From sequence record ON287370.1: 64,000 bases of DNA. One strand, written 5' to 3'. The notes below the pieces were generated by a model. It made no database searches and was not told the DNA's origin. It saw nothing but the letters and a program-made list of their open reading frames with translations. Positions 20,213-28,986 of the stretch are shown piece after piece. The translations under genes and the position numbers were made by a program. The stretch's first letter is position 1. Each line of letters opens with the position of its first letter.

Positions 20213-23200
20213 ATGAGCACGCTTAAACAAGCTGCACAAGTGGATGGTCAGACTATCAGTAACCTTGATCCTGATATGGTAATCACACTGGACTCTCATG
20301 AGGGAGTCCAGATTTCCTCCAAGACGGAAGATACCATAACTTATAAATTCCTTAAGGAAGTTGATCAAGATACTGAATATAAACTGAACCTGACATTTGT
20401 TTATAAAGATCAGTATAAGACGGTCGTTCCGATGACCTTCCTCAATAAGAAACCTCAGCCTAAGTTTAATCTTAATGCTGAGTGGATCACCAAGGATGAA
20501 GAATTAGTGGGCGCAAGTTCCAATCGCATTTACTTTAAAGTAACTGATGATCAGGGAGTGCCTGTAGAGGGAGTTACGTTAAAAAATCTTAAGGCAGTTG
20601 GAAGTCCAAATACTCCAGATTTAGTTCCGGGGTATAGCGGGATAATTGTAGATACCAAGCCAGATGGGATTTATGCGATTAATATTAATTTAGGGCATTT
20701 ATCCGGTTCATTTAATATTGATATGGTATTATCTAAGGATGGCTTTGATTTTGTAATTCCTAAAAAGAATTACAAAGCTCCAGGCACCCCAGGTAAATTC
20801 ACCTTTACTCCTAACAAGGTATTTGCTACAGATGGTCCAACAGAAATAGAAATATTTGGAACGCAAGATAAATATGCTAGACCGAATTCTCCTCTGCAAG
20901 GAACCTTTGCTAAATTAGAGATTAGTGGTGGTATGGTTGCCGATCTTTCAGGAAAGGTGACTTTAGATGCGGATGGTAAAGGTAAAATAACCATTATTCC
21001 AAATGGTAAATTGGAAGATATTAATATCTATGGGAGTTTCTCTGCCACTCCAGATAACAGACTTTTAAGTGTGGACCATGATATTATTGTAGAGAAGGAT
21101 GCCTTAACTGTTGAGTTATTGACAGATGAAGATCTAGGTTATCTGAAGAAAGCAACTGTTGTTGCTCACGTTCTAAACTCTAAAGGCGAATATCTCCATC
21201 AACCTGGTAAGATCGTAAACTCTACAATAACTTCTGTACCGACTAACGATGTTGTTAGTAATGTTCCTGGTGAATTTACCCAGGGTACCGCAGATACATC
21301 TATTTATACCATGATCGTTGATGTTGGTTATCTCCCAGGTACAGTTACTATTATTCCTGAGCTAACTATCGCTGGTGTTAAATACGATATTGATTCCAAA
21401 CTGGAATTCAAGACAGAAGGTTCTCCAGTTACAGTAAGTAGAGTTGGAGCGGTAATAGATCCGTTCAAGTCTACCATGATGGGAATTTTCTTCACCAGAC
21501 AAGTTAGGATTGATGGTGAGACCTCAATTTCATTTGGTACTACAGTAGTTTCTCAAAAATCAAGTGATGGCTTGAAGATCGATAGACCATACACCTTCTT
21601 AGGTAAAGGTAACGCAACCGGGTATATTTCATCTGAACAACCTAATACTACGCAAACACTCACCTTTAGCGTTTCTGAGGAAATACAGGGTATCCTTTAT
21701 ACCTATGATGACTTAGTGCTTGAAGTGACTGTACGTGATGGTGTCAAGGAAGAGGTTACCGCCACACCTAAAGCAGACCTGGAGATAATGCAGGTTGATC
21801 CTGAGAATACTAATAGAGATCTTCCGTGCTATCTTGAATTTAAACTCGATAATAATGTTAAAGGTCCAGTGACCGATGCAGAACTTGTTTCTGTTAAAAC
21901 CACTAATGTTCCTGAAACAGGATCCGGTATCTTCAGCGTGGGTGAATCTCTGACCAAGGTTGCTGATAACATCTACAGACTAGATATCAAATGTGATAAA
22001 GGTATTGACTCGGCTCTGTTTGATTTAGTGATCAAATCTGGTGAGAAAGAGTTCACTGTTAAGCAATTTAGTGTTAACATCATCAAGCCGCCATTAAGGT
22101 TAGAAGAGTTAGTCCCTATTAGTATGCTTCCACAAGGGGGTAGCGAGGTTGACTTTAAGTTCTCCTTGATGCAGGCAAGCTGGACTGGATTGGGAACTAA
22201 TAACCCGGTTCTCATCTATAATAGTAAATTACAATTTACTTATGATGATTTCACCATATCTGATAATGCCGAATTTGTTAATGAACCAGCTCAGGCGGAT
22301 AAGAACCCTACCATGACAGTCTTTAAACTTAAGTCTAAAGCTGCCGATGGAACAGTTAAGATTACTGGTACGGTTAATGCAGTTAATTCTAAGCTGGGTA
22401 AACAGGGTACTCTTGAAATCAGTCTCCCTATTGGGATAGGGAAGGAATTAACATTAGTTCCAGTTAGTGATCCTATTCTAACACAGGGTGATAACAAAGT
22501 AGTATTTGATCTCAATTACGCTGACGGTGCTCCTGCAACTGGCCTCACCTGTTATTATTATGATTTCTCTGATGGTGAAAAACGCAATAATGGTTATACT
22601 GGTTATTCTCATCTCAAAGAAGATAAAGATAAACCAGGTCGTTACGAGTCCAATATCGCAGTGGGTTGGGCGCAAGCTACATTCACGCCTATTTGGTATA
22701 TGGATGTTGATGGGTTAAGTAGCAAAGTTGTTAGTCAACCATTAACCACTCAAGGTACTGAACCAGAAGTAGTTCAGACTGATAATACCATCACTAATGA
22801 TGATAAACAGTACACTACTTACTTCCAACTAGAAGTTCCGCTAGTTCCAGGACCTCAAAAATATATTCCTGCTGGTAAATGTGAATTAATATCTGTTGAT
22901 AATTCGCTTACTATAATTGGGTCGATTACTCGTGAACCAAGCAATGGTCGTTTCATTATTAAGTGCGAACCTAAAGGTGAAACCGGGATTGCTAATATCA
23001 AAGTCAAGTTTACTTGTACTGAGTTCATGACGACCTATGTGAAAGAAATCGATCTTGTTGTCAATATTAATCCACCGACGCCAGTTCTAACTGATCTTGT
23101 AACGGAATATACTTTTGATCTGTGGGAAGAGAAAGAACTTTCCTATGATGTGAAGAGTGGCGATGTAAGTGTGGCTTCCAGTGTGACTGATATTGTCTGT

Positions 23201-23428
23201 ACTAATAACGATGATATCAAAGATGATTTTGAATTCAGTAAAAATGCTAATGGCAAGTGGGTATTCAAATCTATTAAATCGGATACCTCAGATGTTATCT
23301 CCAAGAAAGCAGAACTGAAATTCATTGTTGTTTATGCCGGAATAACCACCGAACTAACGGCTGAAGTTCAACTGTCTACCAATGTAAATGCAAACCCTAA
23401 ACCAGAGTTTGATGTTGAAATAATCTAA
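20213..23428 (+). CDS. 1,071-aa Ig-like (invasin/Big_1-like) virion protein
   Basis: Repeated V-x-D-x-x-G-x-P-V-x-G ... G-x-Y motifs, plus a C-terminal copy of the shared module (LWEEKELSY...GKWVF). Confidence 0.65.
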   Translation: MSTLKQAAQVDGQTISNLDPDMVITLDSHEGVQISSKTEDTITYKFLKEVDQDTEYKLNLTFVYKDQYKTVVPMTFLNKKPQPKFNLNAEWITKDEELVGASSNRIYFKVTDDQGVPVEGVTLKNLKAVGSPNTPDLVPGYSGIIVDTKPDGIYAININLGHLSGSFNIDMVLSKDGFDFVIPKKNYKAPGTPGKFTFTPNKVFATDGPTEIEIFGTQDKYARPNSPLQGTFAKLEISGGMVADLSGKVTLDADGKGKITIIPNGKLEDINIYGSFSATPDNRLLSVDHDIIVEKDALTVELLTDEDLGYLKKATVVAHVLNSKGEYLHQPGKIVNSTITSVPTNDVVSNVPGEFTQGTADTSIYTMIVDVGYLPGTVTIIPELTIAGVKYDIDSKLEFKTEGSPVTVSRVGAVIDPFKSTMMGIFFTRQVRIDGETSISFGTTVVSQKSSDGLKIDRPYTFLGKGNATGYISSEQPNTTQTLTFSVSEEIQGILYTYDDLVLEVTVRDGVKEEVTATPKADLEIMQVDPENTNRDLPCYLEFKLDNNVKGPVTDAELVSVKTTNVPETGSGIFSVGESLTKVADNIYRLDIKCDKGIDSALFDLVIKSGEKEFTVKQFSVNIIKPPLRLEELVPISMLPQGGSEVDFKFSLMQASWTGLGTNNPVLIYNSKLQFTYDDFTISDNAEFVNEPAQADKNPTMTVFKLKSKAADGTVKITGTVNAVNSKLGKQGTLEISLPIGIGKELTLVPVSDPILTQGDNKVVFDLNYADGAPATGLTCYYYDFSDGEKRNNGYTGYSHLKEDKDKPGRYESNIAVGWAQATFTPIWYMDVDGLSSKVVSQPLTTQGTEPEVVQTDNTITNDDKQYTTYFQLEVPLVPGPQKYIPAGKCELISVDNSLTIIGSITREPSNGRFIIKCEPKGETGIANIKVKFTCTEFMTTYVKEIDLVVNINPPTPVLTDLVTEYTFDLWEEKELSYDVKSGDVSVASSVTDIVCTNNDDIKDDFEFSKNANGKWVFKSIKSDTSDVISKKAELKFIVVYAGITTELTAEVQLSTNVNANPKPEFDVEII

Positions 23429-23433
23429 TAAAA

Positions 23434-23461
23434 CGAACCTTACGGGAAACCGTAAGGTTCG
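23434..23461 (+). terminator. GAAA-tetraloop hairpin terminator
   Basis: CGAACCTTACGG-GAAA-CCGTAAGGTTCG forms a perfect 12-bp stem immediately after the stop codon. Confidence 0.8.
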
Positions 23462-23494
23462 AATTCTATGGTCATCTAACTAGAGATCAAAGAT

Positions 23495-23566
23495 ATGAAG
23501 AAGAAAGGTATTAATCATTATAAAGATATTCATACAGAACCACCTGCTGATATATGGAGGAAGTAG
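23495..23566 (+). CDS. 23-aa micro-ORF (MKKKGINHYKDIHTEPPADIWRK), possibly the frameshifted N-terminus of the next gene
   Basis: Read directly from the sequence. It overlaps the start of the 495-aa ORF in another frame across an ATATAT run. Confidence 0.35.
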   Translation: MKKKGINHYKDIHTEPPADIWRK

Positions 23567-25041
23567 TGTCTAAAATAATTAATTTACTAGAAGGGCAAAC
23601 TGGAAAGATAGTATATCGCCCTACATTCAGAAATACCCCTATACCGAATGAAGTGACAATAGACAAAGATAATTCGGTACTTAAAGATGCAATTAACCTG
23701 GGTGAGTGTAAGGCGAATGAAGATGGTGTCACTGGAGAAGTACCCTTCACCGCCAAGGCTAAAGCAGAGTCTGATTTACAAATCGTATTTGCCAGAAAAG
23801 ATGTAAATGGTAATGTGGAAGGAAAGGATATTTCAACCCAAGACCTTACTGTGGATATCGGCGCTTCTGAGTTAACAATAGTAACTGCAGAACCCAACAA
23901 AGTGAAACATTCTTCTGATAATACTTACAAAATAAATATGTCATTGAAGAATGGAGATCAAACAGTAAGTCTGAAAGATCCAACATTAGTTAACACCAGT
24001 TCTGATACCTTCACCATAGTGGGAACTGATGAAAACTCCTTCAGCGTAAAAATGAATGAAAGTAAGATTAATAAAGACCCAGCTGTGTTTTCTACCAACT
24101 TTAATTTTAATCTTAACCTGTATTCATCCAGTATTTCACATACGCTCAATGTCTGCTGGGAACCCGTAATACAGGCTGAGAAACTTATCACCTCGATAGT
24201 TTACGGTGATAAAGGGACCATGCCAATTAAAATTACAAATGGTAAAGGTGAAGACATTACTTCATCTATCACCAACTTAGTTTGCACTAGTGAATACTTA
24301 AAATTTGATGCGCAAGGTTCTTGGGAAGTCATTAAAGAAATAACTAATGACATCACTCATGAAGTAACGTTTAAGTTTGACGTTACCCAGGAAGGTTATA
24401 CTTGGCCAATGACCTTGAAGGTTAGTTTTAATTTACTAGCTAAACCAAAATCAATTAAAGCAAGCCTCTTGAGTGAAGGTTCCAGCATTTCATTGTCTAA
24501 CGGTAACATGAAATTTAAGATGGTTTATGATACGGGTGAGATAGTCACAGATGCGACATACGTATCGAGAACTAATAACTCACCTTCTACATCATTTAGT
24601 AATTTTGGCAGTGGGTTTAAAGCTAGTAATTCTGCCAATGGTGAATACGAAGTAAGTTATACCTCTGGCTATAAATATGGTAGTTCTTCCTGTACTGTAA
24701 CTGTTAAAACTAAATATGGGGAATATGTTGTAACGCTACCATCTATAACTTGCCGCGATCAACCATTCTCAGTTACTGCATCTCCTGTCGTATTGGACAA
24801 GGGGGCTAAGAACTCTAAGTTTATATTTACAGCTAAACAACAGCGATCCATAGGCGGTACACCTGTTGAATTAACTGGTAACTTGGAGTTAATATGGTTA
24901 AGGGGTGCTAATATAGTAAGTGCTCCTTCCGGGTCTGGCCCATGGACTGTTTATCTGGCTGATGACGGTATTGGTAATACTGTTGAAATGAACTTCAACT
25001 TAGGGTCCTTATCTGGAACTGGCTCTATCTATAAAGCATAA
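23554..25041 (+). CDS. 495-aa Ig-like virion protein, last of the fibre cluster
   Basis: Contains the shared module (VYGDKGTMPI...GEDITSSI...GSWEVI) and invasin-like domains. An alternative GTG start at 23566 follows GGAGG. Confidence 0.65.
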   Translation: MEEVVSKIINLLEGQTGKIVYRPTFRNTPIPNEVTIDKDNSVLKDAINLGECKANEDGVTGEVPFTAKAKAESDLQIVFARKDVNGNVEGKDISTQDLTVDIGASELTIVTAEPNKVKHSSDNTYKINMSLKNGDQTVSLKDPTLVNTSSDTFTIVGTDENSFSVKMNESKINKDPAVFSTNFNFNLNLYSSSISHTLNVCWEPVIQAEKLITSIVYGDKGTMPIKITNGKGEDITSSITNLVCTSEYLKFDAQGSWEVIKEITNDITHEVTFKFDVTQEGYTWPMTLKVSFNLLAKPKSIKASLLSEGSSISLSNGNMKFKMVYDTGEIVTDATYVSRTNNSPSTSFSNFGSGFKASNSANGEYEVSYTSGYKYGSSSCTVTVKTKYGEYVVTLPSITCRDQPFSVTASPVVLDKGAKNSKFIFTAKQQRSIGGTPVELTGNLELIWLRGANIVSAPSGSGPWTVYLADDGIGNTVEMNFNLGSLSGTGSIYKA

Positions 25042-25062
25042 AAAAATAAACAATGATTAATA

Positions 25063-25093
25063 AGAGAACCTACCCAATGCGGGTAGGTTCTCT
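25063..25093. terminator. Bidirectional terminator between convergent gene blocks
   Basis: AGAGAACCTACCC-AATGC-GGGTAGGTTCTCT forms a 13-bp perfect stem between the + stop at 25041 and the - stop at 25104. Confidence 0.8.
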
Positions 25094-25103
25094 ATATGTT
25101 TGC

Positions 25104-25451
25104 TTATTCTAAATCTTGTTCACCACCATGTAAATAAACTTCACCCACAGAAGTTCCCCAAGGTTTACTACAACGTTGTTCACCAGAAGTATAAGTGCAC
25201 TCCTGATAAACAGTCTTACCTAAATAAACATCCCCTACTACTTTTGCAGGATGACTTCCTTTGTTAGTTTCAATTACAGCTAAACAGGTCGCATTAACAC
25301 TAGTCGGTTTAGTGTAACAACCTTCCAATGCCACGATCTTCCCCTTGACAAAATGATCACCAGAGTTCTTAGCCAATGCCGGTGGTGCATCAATCAATAA
25401 AGCACTTACCAGGCATACAAGACCAAATACAAGAACTAAAGCGCGTTTCAT
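25104..25451 (-). CDS. Small exported or membrane protein with N-terminal signal peptide
   Basis: ATG reads as CAT at 25449-25451. MKR is followed by a hydrophobic stretch and an ALA-K cleavage-like site; four Cys lie in the mature part. Confidence 0.65.
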   Translation of the reverse strand: MKRALVLVFGLVCLVSALLIDAPPALAKNSGDHFVKGKIVALEGCYTKPTSVNATCLAVIETNKGSHPAKVVGDVYLGKTVYQECTYTSGEQRCSKPWGTSVGEVYLHGGEQDLE

Positions 25452-25484
25452 TTATATTTCCTCTGTGGGTGTTATTAGGTTTAT

Positions 25485-26795
25485 TTACTTAGATGAACGA
25501 GTTTGAACTTCAGAGATGCCGCGCAGGTAAGTCAGCACATTTTTCGGTTCATTGATAGTGAAGGTTTTGCAATTGGTTTCTTTATCGAAGTTGTGAGTGT
25601 TCGGTGTGGTGTAGATCTGCACAGTCGAGTGATCTTTGAAGATACGGATCTTGCGCAGTTCGATGGCACCATCGATATAGAAGTTACCTACAGCGTGCAC
25701 TACTGAGAAACGGCACTCAGCACCTTCACGAGTGGTACCAGTCATATTGCGTTGCAGCTGCATCTCAGCGTCCCATTTCAGTTCCCGGTTGAACATGAAC
25801 TCAACCAAGGCATCCAGGATATCACCTTTACCTGCATCTTCAATTTCAGACAGGAAGTTAAGGATGACAGCGCCCGCATTGTTTTTAGGGAACCCACGTT
25901 TTACTTCGCTGGTCCAATCAATATTTTCAATGAACTTACTAGGTTCACCGGTACGCAAAGCAATCAACTGATCATCAGTCAGGCTGCAGATAGATGGGAG
26001 AACTGCTGCAATAACAATACGCGGGTTAGTCCGCACTGAGTTATTGGAGTTATCCGGGCCGGTCACGATGAACTTAGTGCGCGGAATCTCTTCACCATAG
26101 ATGCCAGTACCATCAATAGTGAATACCCAATCTTTAACAGCATTGGGTTCGATGTCGATGATGTTCAGTTTGATGCGTTGTTCTTTTTGCTTAGTCACTT
26201 TCTTTTCCTTCTTGATAGGAGTGTTATCGTCGATACAAATGAGGAGATCTTTCAGAGCTTTGTCACATACCAAGGTACGATCCAATCGCTCATCCAGCTG
26301 AACGTTGAATTCACTAATCAGCCACTCAATGGCCCGGCCTCTTTCAAATTCACATCCCAGTTCAATAAACAGATCCAGTAATGCTGACGCAACGTTGCCA
26401 CGAGCTACTGTGGCTTTACGATCACCAAGTGTACCGGTGAAAGTATAGATGGTACCACTAGGCCATCCCTGGGCTGCCTGGTATTGTGTTAATACCAAGG
26501 CTGGTTGGCTACCTTTGATAACGATAGCTTCATACACGCCACCAGGATATCCTACTGGCAGTTCAACACCTGGCGCACGGGTGATGTTATATTTAACCAC
26601 CAGATCTTTAAAAGCAATACGGCGAATTGCATTTTCTTCTTTCCAGTCTTCAGCGTACTTATCGCACACCAGTTTCTGGATGGCTTCAAACATACTTGGA
26701 GACTGCCCAGTATGTCCGTCAACAGAAGTAATGAGAATTTCAGTACCATTAACTTCTTCGAATTTAGCGATTACTACTTCTTTACATTTAGTCAT
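25485..26795 (-). CDS. Hypothetical protein (~436 aa)
   Basis: Long ORF with phage-typical codon use. ATG 26795, preceded by AAGGAACTTATAGAA, is preferred to TTG 26828. Confidence 0.6.
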   Translation of the reverse strand: MTKCKEVVIAKFEEVNGTEILITSVDGHTGQSPSMFEAIQKLVCDKYAEDWKEENAIRRIAFKDLVVKYNITRAPGVELPVGYPGGVYEAIVIKGSQPALVLTQYQAAQGWPSGTIYTFTGTLGDRKATVARGNVASALLDLFIELGCEFERGRAIEWLISEFNVQLDERLDRTLVCDKALKDLLICIDDNTPIKKEKKVTKQKEQRIKLNIIDIEPNAVKDWVFTIDGTGIYGEEIPRTKFIVTGPDNSNNSVRTNPRIVIAAVLPSICSLTDDQLIALRTGEPSKFIENIDWTSEVKRGFPKNNAGAVILNFLSEIEDAGKGDILDALVEFMFNRELKWDAEMQLQRNMTGTTREGAECRFSVVHAVGNFYIDGAIELRKIRIFKDHSTVQIYTTPNTHNFDKETNCKTFTINEPKNVLTYLRGISEVQTRSSK

Positions 26796-26808
26796 TTCTA
26801 TAAGTTCC

Positions 26809-27132
26809 TTAGATAAAGTTTTTACCAATGCCTGATTTGAATTTATCAGATACGATGAATTTGTAACGAGACTTAGCTTTGTGTAGGGTTTCTCCAGTAC
26901 CTAAACACTCAGCAAACATAGTCCTGAACATATGACAGTTAATACGGGATTCTGTCTTAGTTCGCTTAATGCGGGTTACACCATTGACACGGATAATAAG
27001 TTTGTTGTTATAAACTTCTACCCATCCCATACATTCATTAGTAACAATGGACGTTAATGAGACAAATTCAATGGTGGGTTCTCTATGGGTTGGCATTAAC
27101 CAACCCTTCAGCATACCGAATATGTTAGCCAT
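26809..27132 (-). CDS. Hypothetical protein (~107 aa)
   Basis: ATG 27132 lies right after the upstream stop codon. The listed TTG start at 27237 overlaps the upstream gene. Confidence 0.5.
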   Translation of the reverse strand: MANIFGMLKGWLMPTHREPTIEFVSLTSIVTNECMGWVEVYNNKLIIRVNGVTRIKRTKTESRINCHMFRTMFAECLGTGETLHKAKSRYKFIVSDKFKSGIGKNFI

Positions 27133-27133
27133 C

Positions 27134-27481
27134 TTACCAAATGGCCGCCATGATGATATTGGTATCAAAACCAGCGGCATGCAAGTCATTGGCCATTGTT
27201 GGAGTCTGTTTGATTTCAAACAGTGACAGTTTCTCAACCAGATTCATGCCGGCAGGATAATGGAACCCTGATTCACGGTTATCCATTACACAAGCTGCAG
27301 CTAAACAGATACCATCTAGAGCGCTCTGGAAGACACTCTGACGCATTTCCTGATTAGGTGACATAATCGGGCGAGTGATCTTCTTCACAAGCTCACGGTT
27401 TATTGTGGCGATCATTTCGATGCTATATTTGCCATCTTCATCATTGATGATCAGATCGGTGAAAGTCAGTACTGGTTTCAT
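27134..27481 (-). CDS. Hypothetical protein
   Basis: 115-aa ORF with a TAGAGAGAAA leader, tiling with its neighbours. Confidence 0.6.
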   Translation of the reverse strand: MKPVLTFTDLIINDEDGKYSIEMIATINRELVKKITRPIMSPNQEMRQSVFQSALDGICLAAACVMDNRESGFHYPAGMNLVEKLSLFEIKQTPTMANDLHAAGFDTNIIMAAIW

Positions 27482-27512
27482 GATATTTCTCTCTATAGTC
27501 TAAAGGTTTATG

Positions 27513-27848
27513 TTAAGCTATCAGATGTTTGTATGGGATTTCATATTCCGCACACTGGTCTCTGAAATCTTGATGTAAGAATACATCAAACTCCTTCAAC
27601 ATGGATCGAAGGTCGCGATCGTAGTCAGTAGGTTGCATGCCCAGACGTTTGATTGCCTGTTGAACCACATCCATGACTTGATCCGCAACGGCACGATGAA
27701 TCACCGCAGTAGTTGCACGTTTATGGGACATGTCCAAGGAGATAGCCTCCAATGGAACATTGTTCAGTGTTGCTTTAACAACCACATGAACAGTAAAGTT
27801 ATCCCAGTTCTCTTGATACTCGGTAAATATTAATTTCATCTTAGCCAT
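27513..27848 (-). CDS. Hypothetical protein
   Basis: 111-aa ORF whose start overlaps the upstream stop (TAATG). Confidence 0.6.
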   Translation of the reverse strand: MAKMKLIFTEYQENWDNFTVHVVVKATLNNVPLEAISLDMSHKRATTAVIHRAVADQVMDVVQQAIKRLGMQPTDYDRDLRSMLKEFDVFLHQDFRDQCAEYEIPYKHLIA

Positions 27849-28477
27849 TATTCTGTTTCCTCGGTCATGGTGGTTTTCAAACGGTCACTGTCGGTAATAC
27901 TGAATTTCTCACCAGCGATAGCCTGTAGTACTTTCTCAGCAGTACACTCGCAAACCACAGGACTCACATTCTCGAAGTCACGGTTTACTTTCATAAAGGC
28001 TTTGATGATATCAGCTTCCATAGCGTCCCAGGAGAGGTTGTCACCATAATTGATATAGTAACCATAGAAGAAGTGGTTCTCTTCTGTATAACCTTCCTCT
28101 GGATCCAGGATTGCTTCTTTGGCTAACTTGACATTTACATCAACAACTTCAGCGACTTCACGGAGATCAACCCCATCCATCTTGATAATAGTTGGAACAA
28201 CTTCAACCTTATCATTGATATTAAAGAAGTGATAGATACCAATAGCCCAATGGCGCTTCTCCCCATAGAAGAACTTAGCCACCTCACTCAGAGCAATACC
28301 CAGGTCATTACCTTTCAGATGCATCTTGATATCAGAGACATGGAAAGACATTGGATCATGGTTCATATCACCCATCATGTAAAACTTATTGATGGCCTTA
28401 TTTAGGACGTTGGTAATATGAGCGGTCCGTGAGCGAAGTTGATTAAATTTCTTGTTACGAGGTTTCTTACTAGCCAT
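27848..28477 (-). CDS. Hypothetical protein with basic N-terminus
   Basis: ATG 28477 follows AGAGAGAAATAAA; the protein begins MASKKPRNKKF. Confidence 0.6.
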   Translation of the reverse strand: MASKKPRNKKFNQLRSRTAHITNVLNKAINKFYMMGDMNHDPMSFHVSDIKMHLKGNDLGIALSEVAKFFYGEKRHWAIGIYHFFNINDKVEVVPTIIKMDGVDLREVAEVVDVNVKLAKEAILDPEEGYTEENHFFYGYYINYGDNLSWDAMEADIIKAFMKVNRDFENVSPVVCECTAEKVLQAIAGEKFSITDSDRLKTTMTEETE

Positions 28478-28524
28478 TTTATTTCTCTCTTTCAAATAGG
28501 TTATAAATGAGGTACTACTGACGA

Positions 28525-28764
28525 TTATTTCTTGTCAGTAACCTTAATGCCGTGTGCCCTGGCGAAGTTTTTAGTGGTCATTACTGGAAGGCCCAACGAA
28601 GCACTCAGACGGTCAATCTTACTCTGAGTCTCAACGATGGCTTCACCCAGTTGCCGATACTTTTCTTTCATATCAGGGTTGCCTTTGATAGCTGCACGTT
28701 GTTGACGCAGTACCTTCATATCTTCGATCAGTTTACGGCGAGTGATGCGGAATTGAGCTTTCAT
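28525..28764 (-). CDS. Small basic helical hypothetical protein
   Basis: 79-aa ORF with an AAGGAA SD. Confidence 0.6.
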   Translation of the reverse strand: MKAQFRITRRKLIEDMKVLRQQRAAIKGNPDMKEKYRQLGEAIVETQSKIDRLSASLGLPVMTTKNFARAHGIKVTDKK

Positions 28765-28773
28765 TTTATTTCC

Positions 28774-28986
28774 TTAGCGTTGCGTACGCACTTTAGTTTT
28801 GTCAGGAGTGATTTCATTTTGTTTGCCGGTTGTCTTTAAGACATATTCGTCAAACTCCTTTTCAGACATTCTTTCGAGCTTGTTAATTTCTAACTCGATT
28901 AATGTCTTCATTTTGGGTAGCACCATTTTTCTCATACCCGCTTTAAGCTGCATGATATAAAGTGCTTTGCTAACACGTTCTCCCAT
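28774..28986 (-). CDS. Hypothetical protein
   Basis: 70-aa ORF whose start overlaps the upstream stop. Confidence 0.55.
   Translation of the reverse strand: MGERVSKALYIMQLKAGMRKMVLPKMKTLIELEINKLERMSEKEFDEYVLKTTGKQNEITPDKTKVRTQR

Noticed and set aside
20165-20230. T4 gene 60-type translational bypass between the repeated TLKQ codons (54 nt apart)
   Set aside because: The stop does not directly follow the take-off codon, no strong hairpin is evident, and the two ORFs are already in frame.
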